Shown: piece by piece, positions 10,984 to 23,500 of the stretch
Position numbering within the stretch: the stretch's first letter is position 1
Layout of the letters: each line of letters starts with the position of its first letter
DNA from: Oculina patagonica
Taxonomy: Eukaryota
NCBI RefSeq assembly: GCF_052425735.1
Contig: NC_135758.1
Location: 1,054,001 to 1,118,000 of the forward strand
Direction of reading: 5' to 3'
Length of the DNA: 64,000 bases
Notes under the pieces: model-generated
Told to the model about the DNA's origin: nothing
The model's input: the letters and a program-made list of their open reading frames with translations, nothing else
Databases searched by the model: none
Program-made: the position numbers and the translations under genes

Positions 10984-13900
10984 CTAAGCATGCAGAAAAT
11001 GAGTTTCCGTGATTCTCTTTAAAGGCGACATGATCATGTCATTCCAGTGTCGTACTTCTGTGCCAAACGATTCCAATCCCACAGTAATGTGACCAATCCT
11101 TTCTGTTTTTAACACTGTATCACCTCTGCACACTTCACACATGATACTCGAGCGCTTCAAGTCCTCCTCTCGTATTTCCAAGACAAAGGCTTCGTTGAAA
11201 ACTGGTGAAGTCGATTTCTTAACCACCTTGGTCTTTTTGCGTTCTACCACTTTGCCTTGGACATAGTAAAGAACTTTTACAAAGGTATCTAGCAAAAAAA
11301 TGTAAAACGCGTTATAAAGCGTGGTTCGAAGGTATCTGCTCAAAAGAGCAAACAAAGCCAATCATGAATTGGGTTCGCCATTTTATCCCCACTTTACACT
11401 GGTTGCATATTCTACCGGTTGAAAATGTTTGTTATTGCTTTGCTATGCACTTTCAGTGTGATTGGTATTCAAATCTCGCGTCACGACTTAGTGACGCGCG
11501 TTTTTACGAGCTTGGCGCTGGTTACGTGTATTTGCTACAAACTCTTACTTGTTCCTTGTGTTTGTTATTTTTCTTGTGTTTGACCATTGTTATTGATGTG
11601 GTTTTGGTTATACGACATTTTGATTAAAAAGCTGTTCAAAACCAAACGAATGACTTCGAAAGTAAACTGAGACTCTTTTGGAATTTTTTTTGTAATGTGT
11701 ATCGAGACCTGAAATTTAACTGAGCTACGTCATGGAGAACGCATCTTGAAAAATTTGGCAAGTTTTTTCAAGTTTGTTGTTCGTTATCTGTCTTAATCTT
11801 CATCAGTCGAAACCATCCTTGGTTATTTTCGCGTTTTTATTACTCTTTTGATGCTTTTTAGTATTATTTATTATTTATATTTTTTATTTTGAAGTTTCCT
11901 TCAATTTGGAGGTAATCAGAAAATATGGCTTAAAATATCGTGACACCGCTTCTTTAAGCAGACTGAAGATCGATTAAACGTTAAAAATAAAGTGCAAACC
12001 CACTTACCAAGACCTCCAGGTGCGTCTGACTTTGGGGGAGGGAGTCCAGTTGCTTTCATAATGATCACGTGCAAATGGCCGGCGGTGGGCTGCTGACATA
12101 ACGAAAGCGTCAAAGAACCTCGCTCATCTGACTGAAAACAAGCAAACAACAATAATAAGATGAATGAGGGTACTTTCTTTTGATTATGAGATAGGACGGA
12201 AAAATGAGCAAAAAGCGAGGAATCATCTTGAATCTTTGAGCACGGAACACGAGAATACGTCTAAACAATGTTGTTAAAAGGAGCATTGTCACAATTATTG
12301 AGTGAAATAAAGTTTACTGTTGTTGTTATTGTTGTTGTAACAACTACTATATCGGTGGACAGCAAACCATCAGCGAGCTTGCAAACTGTAACATGAGAAT
12401 TCCAACACTATTTCTTTGAACGTTTTAACTTGAAGTTAAGTCGAAATCCTCTGTTTCGCTTTAAAATTCGCGCTTGGTTTTGTGGTCATTCCCTGGCTAT
12501 AGTAGTCACACTGCAGTATCGCAAATGCCCATCAAACACAAATGTTGCTATGGTAACAAAGAACACATGCGCCCCAAGAAATATGACAAAACAAAGTTAC
12601 TAAAAACAGACATGACAGGTCGGTTATTGAGTGTTCTCTGTACTTACGTCGGAGATTGTCTTGGAGTTTAAGTGAAGCGACAGTGTCGTTCCTTCCGTAA
12701 TGTCCACATCAAGAAGTGATAACATTACCTCAGCAACAAACTCACTCCGAGAAAACTTGTCATAGTCGAGGACCACAAACTTTAGAGTGGAACTAAGGGA
12801 TAAAAAAACACTGATAATTAAGCTCCAGTTTGTGAGTGAAGTCGCTGGAGTCACTATAATGAGTTAAAAGCTAAAAGACATATGCACACCAATGAAAGCC
12901 TAAAAATAACAGTTTAGTTTTACTAAATGCTGCTATATACTAGTCTAGTGTAGTGAAATCGTCAAAACATAATTATCACAAATTGTTCTCCCTTCAACAA
13001 TTCATTATCTTGATCTTCGTGTTATAGGGAGATGTTGTTTATGAGCCGTGGTACCTAGTCATAATTTTAGCACCCGTTTTGACTGAAACTGCAGCAAAGT
13101 TCCAGTCATAGAGCCCCTTTAACTGAAAATAGTTATAAGTAGAAACGGATCGTTGTGTAAAAGAGTGTGCAAGTGAGTATATCATTGTAGGGGATAGTCA
13201 TTAAATATAGTAAAAATATGTTTGTAACTCACTGTGTATAGATATTTGTTTTTGCAAATACCTGTTAAAATAGCCGAGTAACAATAACAAGAAATGTCAC
13301 CCCACTTTTTTCTTATCTTTTTGAAAGTTGTTTTTTTTTTCTAGTGCCCCCCCCCCCCCCCTCCCCCGAACTTAAAAGTACATTGCAGATTTCAGCTGAG
13401 GTAGAGTGTCTCACCTTTGTGCTTCTTCTAATGTAATTTGATCAAACATGCATATCCGATTTGTTCCAAGATTCAAGAAATTTGACCTGGTGTCCTTGTG
13501 GCGTTGCCCTGGTAACAGATGTACACGGACGTAAGGAGTGGAAATCCCGGAAAGGCGCACATGAGGCAAATCAAAAGCGCCGTTTACCTGGAAAAAAATA
13601 AAAATAAAATAATGAAATGAATGAATGAATGAATGAATGAATGAATGAAATAACCCTTTACTTTTCCTGTTGTTACTAATGTAGGAATTCTTAGGAAAGA
13701 AATCGCTCTGGTTTTTTGCCCGAGTACCTTATTACATGAAATTTTCGCGACACGTTAATTTCCCGAATTTCGCGATTCCAAAAAATTCGCAAAATTAAAG
13801 TGACGCGAAAAATAAGTGTCGCGAACATAACATGACGCGAAAATTAAGTGACTCACAGTACGTCAATAATCAAGAAAGAATATGTTTAGTACCACTGAAG

Positions 13901-15547
13901 GAAGGAATCTTTATGTAAATGGATGTTGTCGTCAATTGACTGAAGAAAATAACTCACGGACTTGCGTTTTGTAAGTTTTGACGTTATTGTTTTATTTATT
14001 CAAGGGCATGTTTAATAATATTTCCAAGGAAATGTAAATTATGTTTTACTCAAAAACGCGAAAATAAAGTGATTCAACATACGAAATTTTCGCAATCGAT
14101 CGCGAAATTAAAGTGTCGCGAAATATGCGCACCACAAAATCGCGAAATAAACGTGTCGCGAAAATTTCATGTAATAAGGTATCCTCGTGTCCTTCTAGAT
14201 TCTTAAGCTTGTAACAGCAAGCATTATCCGTCACGAGAGAAAACAGGGCCGGGGAGGAGTAGGAGGGTTGTAGCTGGAGGGTGGGTAGGGTTACTTTTCG
14301 ACCCGTAATAACCTACTCTTCGATAAGTGTTATCTCCTAGATGACGTTTTTCTTTGACGTAGAATGAAAATAAAAAGCCTCACTTCTCTCTTAAAGTTAC
14401 ATTACGGGAGGGGAGGGCTTGGTGAAAAATTTTAAAACGCTTAGTCGTAGAGAAGTGCGATTTTAATCCTCCCTCCCCTCAAAAAAACTTGTAGTTTTCT
14501 GTGCCAAGGATAGGCCTACCAACTTACGGAGCAAATCTTTTTGCGCAAACATTTACACCTGTGTTCCTCAAGGGTACGAATATTTCGTTTTTGGCGAGAA
14601 AAATAAGATTACAGAAGATTACTAAACAAGGATCAAACCACTGTACAAACAAAAGGTAGTAAACAAAAAAAGTCACGATACAACTTAAGCCGAGATCATA
14701 TAGCAGGAAGGGAAATTCATAAGGAAAGGAATTTTTAAGGCGCATTAAAAATTAAAAAAATAATAATAAAAATAAAGAAAATAACCGAGATCATATAGCA
14801 GGAAGCGAAATCATAAGGAAATGAACTTTTAAAGCGCATTAAAAATAAATAAAAAAAAAAAACAATAAAAATAAAGCAAATAATAAGTTTTTTACTATCC
14901 TCATAGCGTGCTTCTTAAAAAAAAACGAACTGTCGAACATTTAAACAATATTCAACTGTCAAAAACGTTATTTACACCGAGATTTAATATGCAAACATTA
15001 CCTGAACAATCAGCAAATTTTTGGTGGTCACAAACTGTAACGAAACCTCCAGCTTTCCGTACGGCGCAACAGAAGTCTTTCTCGCCGGCTCTCTCTTCGT
15101 TTGAGCCGAGTATGGTGCGAATTGGGACACCGCTCTCCGATACTGTGGTCTGTATTCCTTTGTTGTTAGTCCCGGTGACCCTCCGCCTTCCTCAGCGCGA
15201 GAAAGTCCTTGTTTAGTGCCTAAATAACCCGAAGGCGGTGGCATTGAAATAGCTCGTCTAAATGCAGGAGGAGAAACACTTCCCGCGTCCTCGTCTGTTT
15301 TGGCGTCACCATTGTCGCTTATAGTTTCTCCTCCATCGCTTTCTTCTGTAATTAGCGTGTACGGCGGGATTACGAACTCCGGTGGCTCTTTCGGCGTGAT
15401 GGCAGTTCCTAGCTTTCGAGATGGTTTTGAACCATTCAGTGTCTTCAAATATCGTCTGAGAAAAATGATTCCCACGATAGAAAGCAGAAGAAGGAAAATT
15501 AAAATTCCTAGGCCAATTGACGCAGCTATAGACGGCGAAGATTTCAT
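10984..15547 (-). CDS. Synaptotagmin-like protein A (N-terminal TM, linker, tandem C2A/C2B), 5 coding exons
   Basis: Exons 15547-15002, 13587-13415, 12792-12648, 12131-12008 and 11288-10984, all GT..AG and in phase. TM IGLGILIFLLLLSIVGIIFL; C2A GKLEVSLQF..PYVRVHLLP..LKFVVLDYDKFSRSE; C2B GSLTLSLC..KKTKVVKKSTSPVFNEAF..RHWNDMIMSP. The start is the first in-frame ATG; an upstream exon cannot be excluded. Confidence 0.85.
13613..13648. repeat. (GAAT)n microsatellite next to a splice acceptor
   Basis: tgaaatgaatgaatgaatgaat.. run just upstream (minus-strand sense) of the polypyrimidine tract of the exon starting at 13587. Confidence 0.9.
13727..14179. mobile_element. MITE with TA target duplication
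   Basis: TIR CCTTATTACATGAAATTTTCGCGACACGTT / AACGTGTCGCGAAAATTTCATGTAATAAGG, TA at 13725-26 and 14180-81. Confidence 0.85.
14690..14880. repeat. Tandem duplication of about 95 bp in an intron
   Basis: CCGAGATCATATAGCAGGAAG..CATAAGGAAA..GCGCATTAAAAAT occurs twice in tandem. Confidence 0.8.
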
Positions 15548-17573
15548 ATCTCCCGCGTCGATCAGTGACTTGTCCGTTAGAGAAGAAAAATACGTTACGC
15601 GCGCCAAATTTCCAGAGCTATATGGCGCTTCCTATTCCAGTGAAAATTTCCACTAAGGCTTCCATGAACTACCAGCAAAACGGATACATAAATTTACAAC
15701 TGCTCACCGCTATGATCTTGCCAGTTCGCTGTTCATCGGTTTAAAATTGAAACTCTGAGCCATTTTGAATTGTAGCGTGAATCTCCAGCGTGACTGTTCT
15801 TCTTTTTACCCAAATCGTCGATTTGTTGAGATTTTTTGCCACGTAAAAATAATTTCAGTGTGAGTTTGACAATATTTCAGAAAATCTGGACTATAAATTG
15901 TTTCCGCCTAGCTGTGGATAAAAACCGTTTGCTGAGGTCCCGCTCAAAGTGTTTTCACCCCAGTCACCCTAATATCCGAAACACGAAGTTTCATGTTCGC
16001 TTTTAATGTTTAACGAGATGTCTGACCCACTTCCTGTGTAACGCAGTCTAGTCACGCAAAAACGACTGCTACTAAAGAGCCACTAACAAATCAGAAGCTA
16101 TTTATTGACACTGAAAAATGAATACAGCCAAAAAAGAGGGAATACAATCAGAAGTTTCGCTCGCAGTTGTAATTGTTGGAGCATTTTTAGCAAGCTGAAA
16201 TTTAACAAGGATAACAACATGTCACGAATAAAATTTTGAAACTTTGCCTCTATTAATTGTATTGACTTTGTGATCCTCTGGCTCAATATATAGAATAAAC
16301 TAAACTTGATATGGTAATTTCATAAGGTAAACGCAAATGACAGTTGATGTTATCAAGAAATACGAAAAGATACACATGTACTTGGCCTCAAAGCAAGGCT
16401 GTCTCTCTCCCCTAGAAAAAATAGCGAACTTAACTGATTGCTCTCATCGTTAACTTCTATAAATTTCGAAACAAGTTCCGTATACGAAGCTCCGCTTTCC
16501 AAAAGACGAAAGACGCATAAAATTGGATTTTTCATTTTCTTCCCACTCACCCTCTCTGCTGCCCTTCTCGCTCGTTTCCACTTCCCGCGCATGTTTACAT
16601 GTGAGCTTCAGAATGACGCACCATTTTAAAATTTACACTTTGACAGAAACAAAGGCTTGCCAGTAAAACCATTTCAGGAACGTACATTCTTTTTTAATTC
16701 AAAATTTGACGAGTTGAATAATAGTGGCATCAACACGTACGTCTTCTTCGTATGGTTTCAATTTTAAAGATACCATCCTCGATCTTATGAATGGTGTCCC
16801 TATATGGTCATCAAAGAACCCAATCGTGATCAATTCGCGCGCGCGAGTACCGCTAGGCGTGCATAAAGAGATTAGGAACTGTTTAGATAGCTAATGAGGC
16901 ATCAATTTGCTTCAAGGTTATGATACCCAAACATTTAGGACTTTGAACGTAATGTGATGAGATCTGGCTAAAATTAAAAACACGATAGCATTTTGAAAGC
17001 TTTTAATTGTACCATTTCCCACGACATGTCAACCAGTTTTATTTTTCAATTCGTCAAAACAATGAAATATCTTATTCTTGAAGTGTAGAGTGAAAAGTGT
17101 CGTTTCTTGTTTGAGGATCAAGTGTTTTGCATTCCCTGCAATCGGAGCTTATTGCTAAAACGGAAATAGATTGAACGACGTATGTACTTGGTCACGTAAT
17201 GATAAGAAACAAAAATAACTAATCATGAGAATGCGGAGCTCTTCAAGCATTATGAAGCAAACAGCGTCTTGAGATGTCTGTGTACTGTATCTCGCATCGC
17301 GAATATCAATTTTGTTGAATAAGGGGTAAGATTTTACCGACATTTAATATTGGGAAATTCGGAATTATTGTGGATTAGATTTAAAAGGCTTCAAAGAGCA
17401 TTGGAGCACGGAAAATTCCCGCCAAAGGTCACAATTATAGAACAATACATTGGTTACACCACTAATATACGACTACGGAGAAAAACCTACGGTTTTCTAC
17501 ATATGGTAAAGACGAGATACTTTCTGACATCAACTAGCTTCGTTAGAAGTTTCTGGATGGAGTAAATAATCAC

Positions 17574-20500
17574 ATGAAAATGCAAGGTACGTAGAATACT
17601 TCTTTTATTTCTCTCACAGAGGGAAATTTGGCACTTGCTAACGCGTGGAGACAAGTGATAACTTGAGTCGCATAATACTCTACCTTCGGCTTAAATTTTG
17701 CCAAACATTTTTGGAGCTTATTCAAAGTTTTAGCTTTTGATTTGGACCTTGTACAACATAGTTGTTAGTTTTCTTTGCAAATCTCTAGGTTCAGATTGTG
17801 AAAAGGAAACTTTTACAAGCAATGGACCCATAAGGAAACGATTGTCATATTTTTGAGGGCATTACACTGAATCACTGGATCATAAAAGAAAGGCTTCATT
17901 TATCGAGTAGTCCTAGCCACTTATCAAACCAAAGAGTTTTTTTATTCTAAGAGAAAGAGTAGAAGCAGTTTTTAGCTGAATTTAATATATTTACAATTTA
18001 AAGCGCTAGGGAGAGAAATCTGCACGGGGCAAGTCGGTAGCGTATTGTGACGTCACGGTGAATGTTAAATTATAAAGTGCGGCATACTTTACATTTTGAA
18101 TGCTCAATTAAGCAAACTGTCGCATGATACCTGTCAAAATTCAAGGTTAAAAGATAGATAGATCTGAAGAATGAAGAAACTGAAGGAAAAATTGCTTTTT
18201 AAGCTGTTCATTATGAGTCAGTAATTTACATCGCACGAAGTGCGCAGTGATCTATATTAGAAAGAACCCAGTCAAGTGTTGACATACTGGATTTAAACCA
18301 GTTAAATGTTGACATGTCACATTCAAACCAGTCAAATGTCGACACGCTAGACAAAAAGGTTTGAAAACTGCAAAAATTTTCTCTTTATATTTCCTTTGTC
18401 ATTTTGCCGATCCCTTTAAAGACAAAATACGTGCATTTAAAAGACAAGGAAGTACTGTACAAGGTTTTTCAGAGTATCGTTTCAGCGCTTGCGACACGTC
18501 TTTTTTGTGACCTGTGAACCGGTTTTAGCGACTGCAGCTCGCATGAACAATGTCAACAATAGCATTTCACAACACCACAAAACACGCGGAAACTTGTCTT
18601 GGCTGATCTTAGGTTACAGTTTGAGAGAGATTTGCAAGAAGTTTTCTGTACATCATGACTTGACTACCAAATGTTCCGAAATTTAAATTTGTGTTGATTC
18701 TTGAATTCGCTCTTATTTCTGTTTGTACTGACTAGTGAATTTCTGACGTTTAATTTGCAAAACATATTATACTAGTTTGGCTGCGTAAGGCAGCCAGATG
18801 GAAAAAGAGAAAACTCCGATCGGCGAACTTCACTTTTTCAATTTCAATATTTCCGCATTCCAGCGAATCTAATCTCCTGCTACAACCACATAAAAAAGTG
18901 TTCTCCATCCCTCCCTTTCCGTATTCAATGTTGAGCTTCTAGCAACCTTCCGCACACAGGGTTGTAACATGAGGTCCCAACAATGATAAGGGGGGGGGGG
19001 GGGTGGGGGGTGGGTGGAAGGGTTCTAAAACAGTTCAGGAATAGTCTTTTTAAGTTAAATTCAAAACCGACTATCATCGGGTATATGTTTGTTTTTTTTT
19101 TTTTCATTTCTGTGTTGCAGAGGTGTGTCCTCTCGCCAACTGTCAGCCGATAAAAGAAACCTCGAGCTCTTAGCCTAATTGTTAAATTATTTTCTGTCTA
19201 ACCAGACAATAATTTAAGAACGACAAAAGTTGTTGGCGTCACGGATCACGCAGTCTCCAGTTTTGGTATCTTACGAAAAGAGGGAGACTGGTTGCAGTCA
19301 CGTGAGTTGTCACGTGAACCTGCTGCTGTCATGACATTTTTGTTGCGTAGCAACTTACCTGCCAAAGCCGCGAGGACATAAAACCCAGGGGGTGGGGGGG
19401 GGGGGGGGGAGAGGGTTCTAAACGAAACAAGGAACTTATTATCGCAAGAGTAACTGTACCAAAGAATTATTTTCTTAATTTTCTCTTGTCGACAGGGACT
19501 TTAGGCATCGTTTTATCCATTAGTCTAGCGTCAACTGTCCTTGCGGTAGTCGTAGCAGTCATCGTGGTAAAGTGCTATTTGAACTGGAAAAGACAACACA
19601 AGAAAGAGTTGCGTTTATCTGAAGGAGCAGTACATCAGTTGGTGCTGTCCTCGCAGCCAGTTGATTTTATCCCGCTGTTGCTTCAAGATAGACTCGAGGA
19701 GGAAGAGGAAGATGATATATTTGACAGTGCGCTTATGAATTGTTACGTCAGTGGAACATCAACTGAGGATGTTAGTTGTGATCAGACAAAAAATCAAACA
19801 ACGCGGAAGGTGAGAAGAATGCATTCTTTTTTTTCTTAAGAATTTTTTTTAAACTGGGACATCAAGGCTGAATTTGCAAAATTTAATAAATATTTTAAGA
19901 ATAAACCCGAGGCTGAAATTGAAACATCAACCGAGGATCAGTTAGCTGTGATCAGACAAAAACTGGAAGGTGAGATGAATACCGCAAACTGCTATATTTA
20001 GCGATTCTTGCTAGCGCGGATCCATGGAAGGAGGACTGCAGCTGGGTGTCTTGTCACCTCCCTTGATCCACCAGAACAATAACAATTACATTTTGAAATA
20101 GAAATAAGGACTATGACACCTTGTAAAGTATAAAAAATAGGTCACCAAGGGTGACATGAGTCTAATGCCGTATGGCATAGTGATACAGATTGCGCGGTTT
20201 TCGTAAGCCGGTTAAAATTGGTTAGAGGTTTGTGTTCGGGAGTTTAATTTAAAATGCTTATAGCAAGCTAGGGGCATCGTGGATGATTATGGATGAAAAC
20301 GAAACAGTCATAAATGTTATATGCTTCACAAAATTTAAAGTATGAACAGGAGTTGATGTTACTTCTTCCGTATTGTCCGTAAAAGCAGAAACGATTAAAC
20401 ATTTGGACAAGATTGCGTGACGATTTACAAAAAGCATGTTCATTACAACAAGGGTTGAAGAACTTCACATCGTTTTCTTTCAGATTTTTCACCATTTTGA

Positions 20501-23500
20501 TGATGACTCTTGAAACAGATTTTGCAATAAAAGCACTTGAAATAGTGACTGTTACTCCATTGTACTGTAAGCACTTAGTGACAGATTTTCCTAAAAACGG
20601 GTGTAAATGCTCACGTCAATATAATGATGACCTTTTGAACGCTGGAAACTAGGCAATTATTATCGAGCTACCATACACAGGAGCGAAGACTGTTTATCAT
20701 GATGTACAAATTTCGCGAATCATCACTTCCATATCAATGTAACCATTTTATGATTTTTCTAGCTGTAAGAAGAACTTAAGATCTCTGAGAGTCGTAAAAG
20801 CATGAAATTCGATTTCAGTGTATGGCAAACGCCGGGACAGTGTTATACTGCAAAGCGGCCAAACAAACGCATTTTGATTTAGTCGCGTAACTTGATTTAC
20901 ATTTATCCATGTACATCTTTTATTTTTGAAGGTTTTTGTTTGCACTGTAAAGAAAAAATTGGTCAAAATTCGAATGACTTAAATACAAAATACGAGGTAA
21001 AGTTTTCTATTTTTTAAAACAAAATAAATATTTGGTCGCATTGTGTAAATAAACGCGAGTCGCCGTCGAAATATTTTTTCTCAAAGACGTCTTGCTTTTT
21101 AAGCAAGACGAAAACACAAGTGCTTAACTGAACTGAAAACGAAGATTTATTTTCACAAAAAGCTTACAAATGTCTTAACTGGAAAATTATTACGTCCTGT
21201 TCAAGTGTTGAATAATCGTGACTTGAGAAAGAACTTTTAATTATGCGTGGGAACACGTGTCGCTGATTGGCTGTTTTTAATTGAAACTAATCGTGCGTGT
21301 CCGTACGGAGTCCGTTCTTGCAGCTGATCATTGTTTTCTACATTACAGCGAACGATTATCGATCCCGAACCATTCCCTTGGGATTGCTAACAGCTTTTTT
21401 CATATAACAAAGAGTCTAATGCGCATGCGCAAAGCGCACGCAAGCATTAGACTCAAAAATGGTTGATAATTTTAGCTTAAATAAATTTGAAATATTTGCT
21501 AACGTTTATCTTCCCTCCAAGTGAAACCCGAAAAAATAATAATATCAGTAACATAGTAAACAGAATATTTGCTTACAGTCAACCCCCCCCCCCTCCCCCA
21601 GCCCTTTCAAAAATCCTGGATGCGCCCGTGTCAACTTAAATTGGTATGACATACAAATTAATCGATGAATATCAGTTATGAAACGAAAAAAAAGGTAATT
21701 CTGATCATTGTGAACCGTGGGTTCATTCAAATTGGTCTAAACTCGATATCCCAATAACGGCTTAAAACTGTAGAAGAACTCAAAAGAAACACAGAAAGGC
21801 CAAAAAAGGGCATGGATGGGCAAAAATCGCGAAGATTAAAACGGATTGTTGACATAGCCCCTTTAAAATCAAAATTCAAAATTTGAGTTCAATCCTTCAT
21901 TTGGCCTATGAGGTATGATTTTCAATTGTCTGTTTTTTCTGATCACATTCAGAGTAGTAATCTCAGTTCACGACAATTCATAAGTAGGCTCGACGAAAAA
22001 TTGTTTAACAATAGTGTTTTTTTTTTCTTCAGGAACCGAAGATTCATCCTCCTCTCAAAAGGCTAAACTCAGCGTCATGTGTACTGGATAGATATGGTCA
22101 GCGGGTAACCGTCCTTAGTAAGCCACAGAGAACAAATAGAGGAGAGTCATTATTCTTTGATGAAGGAGGTAACACTGAAAAGCTTCAGTGTTTTATTTGA
22201 AACATTACTCTTTCAGTCTTAATTATGAGAGAATCGTTTAGGAAACGGCTCCTTTAAAACATGATTCAAAACGTAACATCTATAATTTTGCCAATTTCGT
22301 CACTTGAACTCTGATTTCTCCCTCGAGGTTTTTTATCTCCATCCTGAGATAGTCCAGCTCCCTTGAGCCCTTTTAGATTCTAAGGCCATTTTAGAAAAAT
22401 TTCATCGACTACAAAATCAAAGTTCTCAATGACATGTCTGTCCTCTTCCGCCCTAAATCGTTGTGGAAAAATCTTCCCAAAGTAGGCATAAACAGCCCTG
22501 CGTCATTGGAGGCAACGCAGCGATTTGATTGGTTCAGAAATCAAATGGCGGGAAAATTTTCTCAAGGGCGCAAAAACGTGCTTCCCGCGTTAAGCCCTGA
22601 CTCCGACTGACTGAAGACACGTTAGCTTTAACAAGTGCTTTTAAGAAGCATAGAATTAAAAAAAATGTTTCGTTTTCCTCCTTCAACAGACGAATCACTA
22701 TCGCGGAGGTGTTTCTCTGCTGCTAGCTCTTATTCAAGACCACTCAAAGATTCCATTGGTCTTCGCACCCGGTCTGAGAGCGCTAATAGTCTGTCACGTG
22801 AATCCCTGGATGGTGACGCGACGAAACGTGAGTCAGCTGAAAAGTCTGGACTCAAAACAGGTGAGTTAAAATCTTTTAAATGTTTCATAATGATTCGATT
22901 TAACGCTTTCTTTCCAATAAGAGCCCACCTCAATTAATGTCCCCCAGATAAGCCCACTTTACAAAAACTTGCTTCCATCTTTCTTACTTCAATAACTTGA
23001 AATTATCTTCCAATGCTAGTGCCCAGTGTACCAAATTAATCTTAAATTAAGAGTTAATTTGAAACGTCCCGTCTCGAATATTGCCCTAACTCCAAAAATG
23101 AAGCGTCCGGCCGCTTCCTTAGGCTCTAAGGAAATTTATTTTACCGCCCGGGCACTAAATCGGAAATTTCGCTCTGTTTTTCTTCTTTCCACAGACGAAT
23201 CATTATCTCGGAGGTGTTATTCCGCAGCAAGTTCATATTCAAGACCGCGATCAGGGTCCATCGGTCTTCGCACCAGGTCTGAGAGCGTCAATAGCTTATC
23301 ACGCGAATCCTTAGATAGCGACTCGACACTTCCTGATCCTATGCCGCACATGCGCAAATCAGTTGTGTCCACAATAGACACAAACGCGCCACGGCCAAAG
23401 ATGGAAAAAAAGAGGCGGCACAGCACAAGTAAAATGACCTACGCCAACAAGCCAGCGAGGAAAAAGTCTCTTGCGCCGCAAAAACCTGGCAATGTGATCT

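Noticed and set aside
18268-18352. Three diverged 30-bp tandem units (CCAGTCAAATGTTGACA..)
   Set aside because: Short degenerate intronic tandem with no evidence of function.
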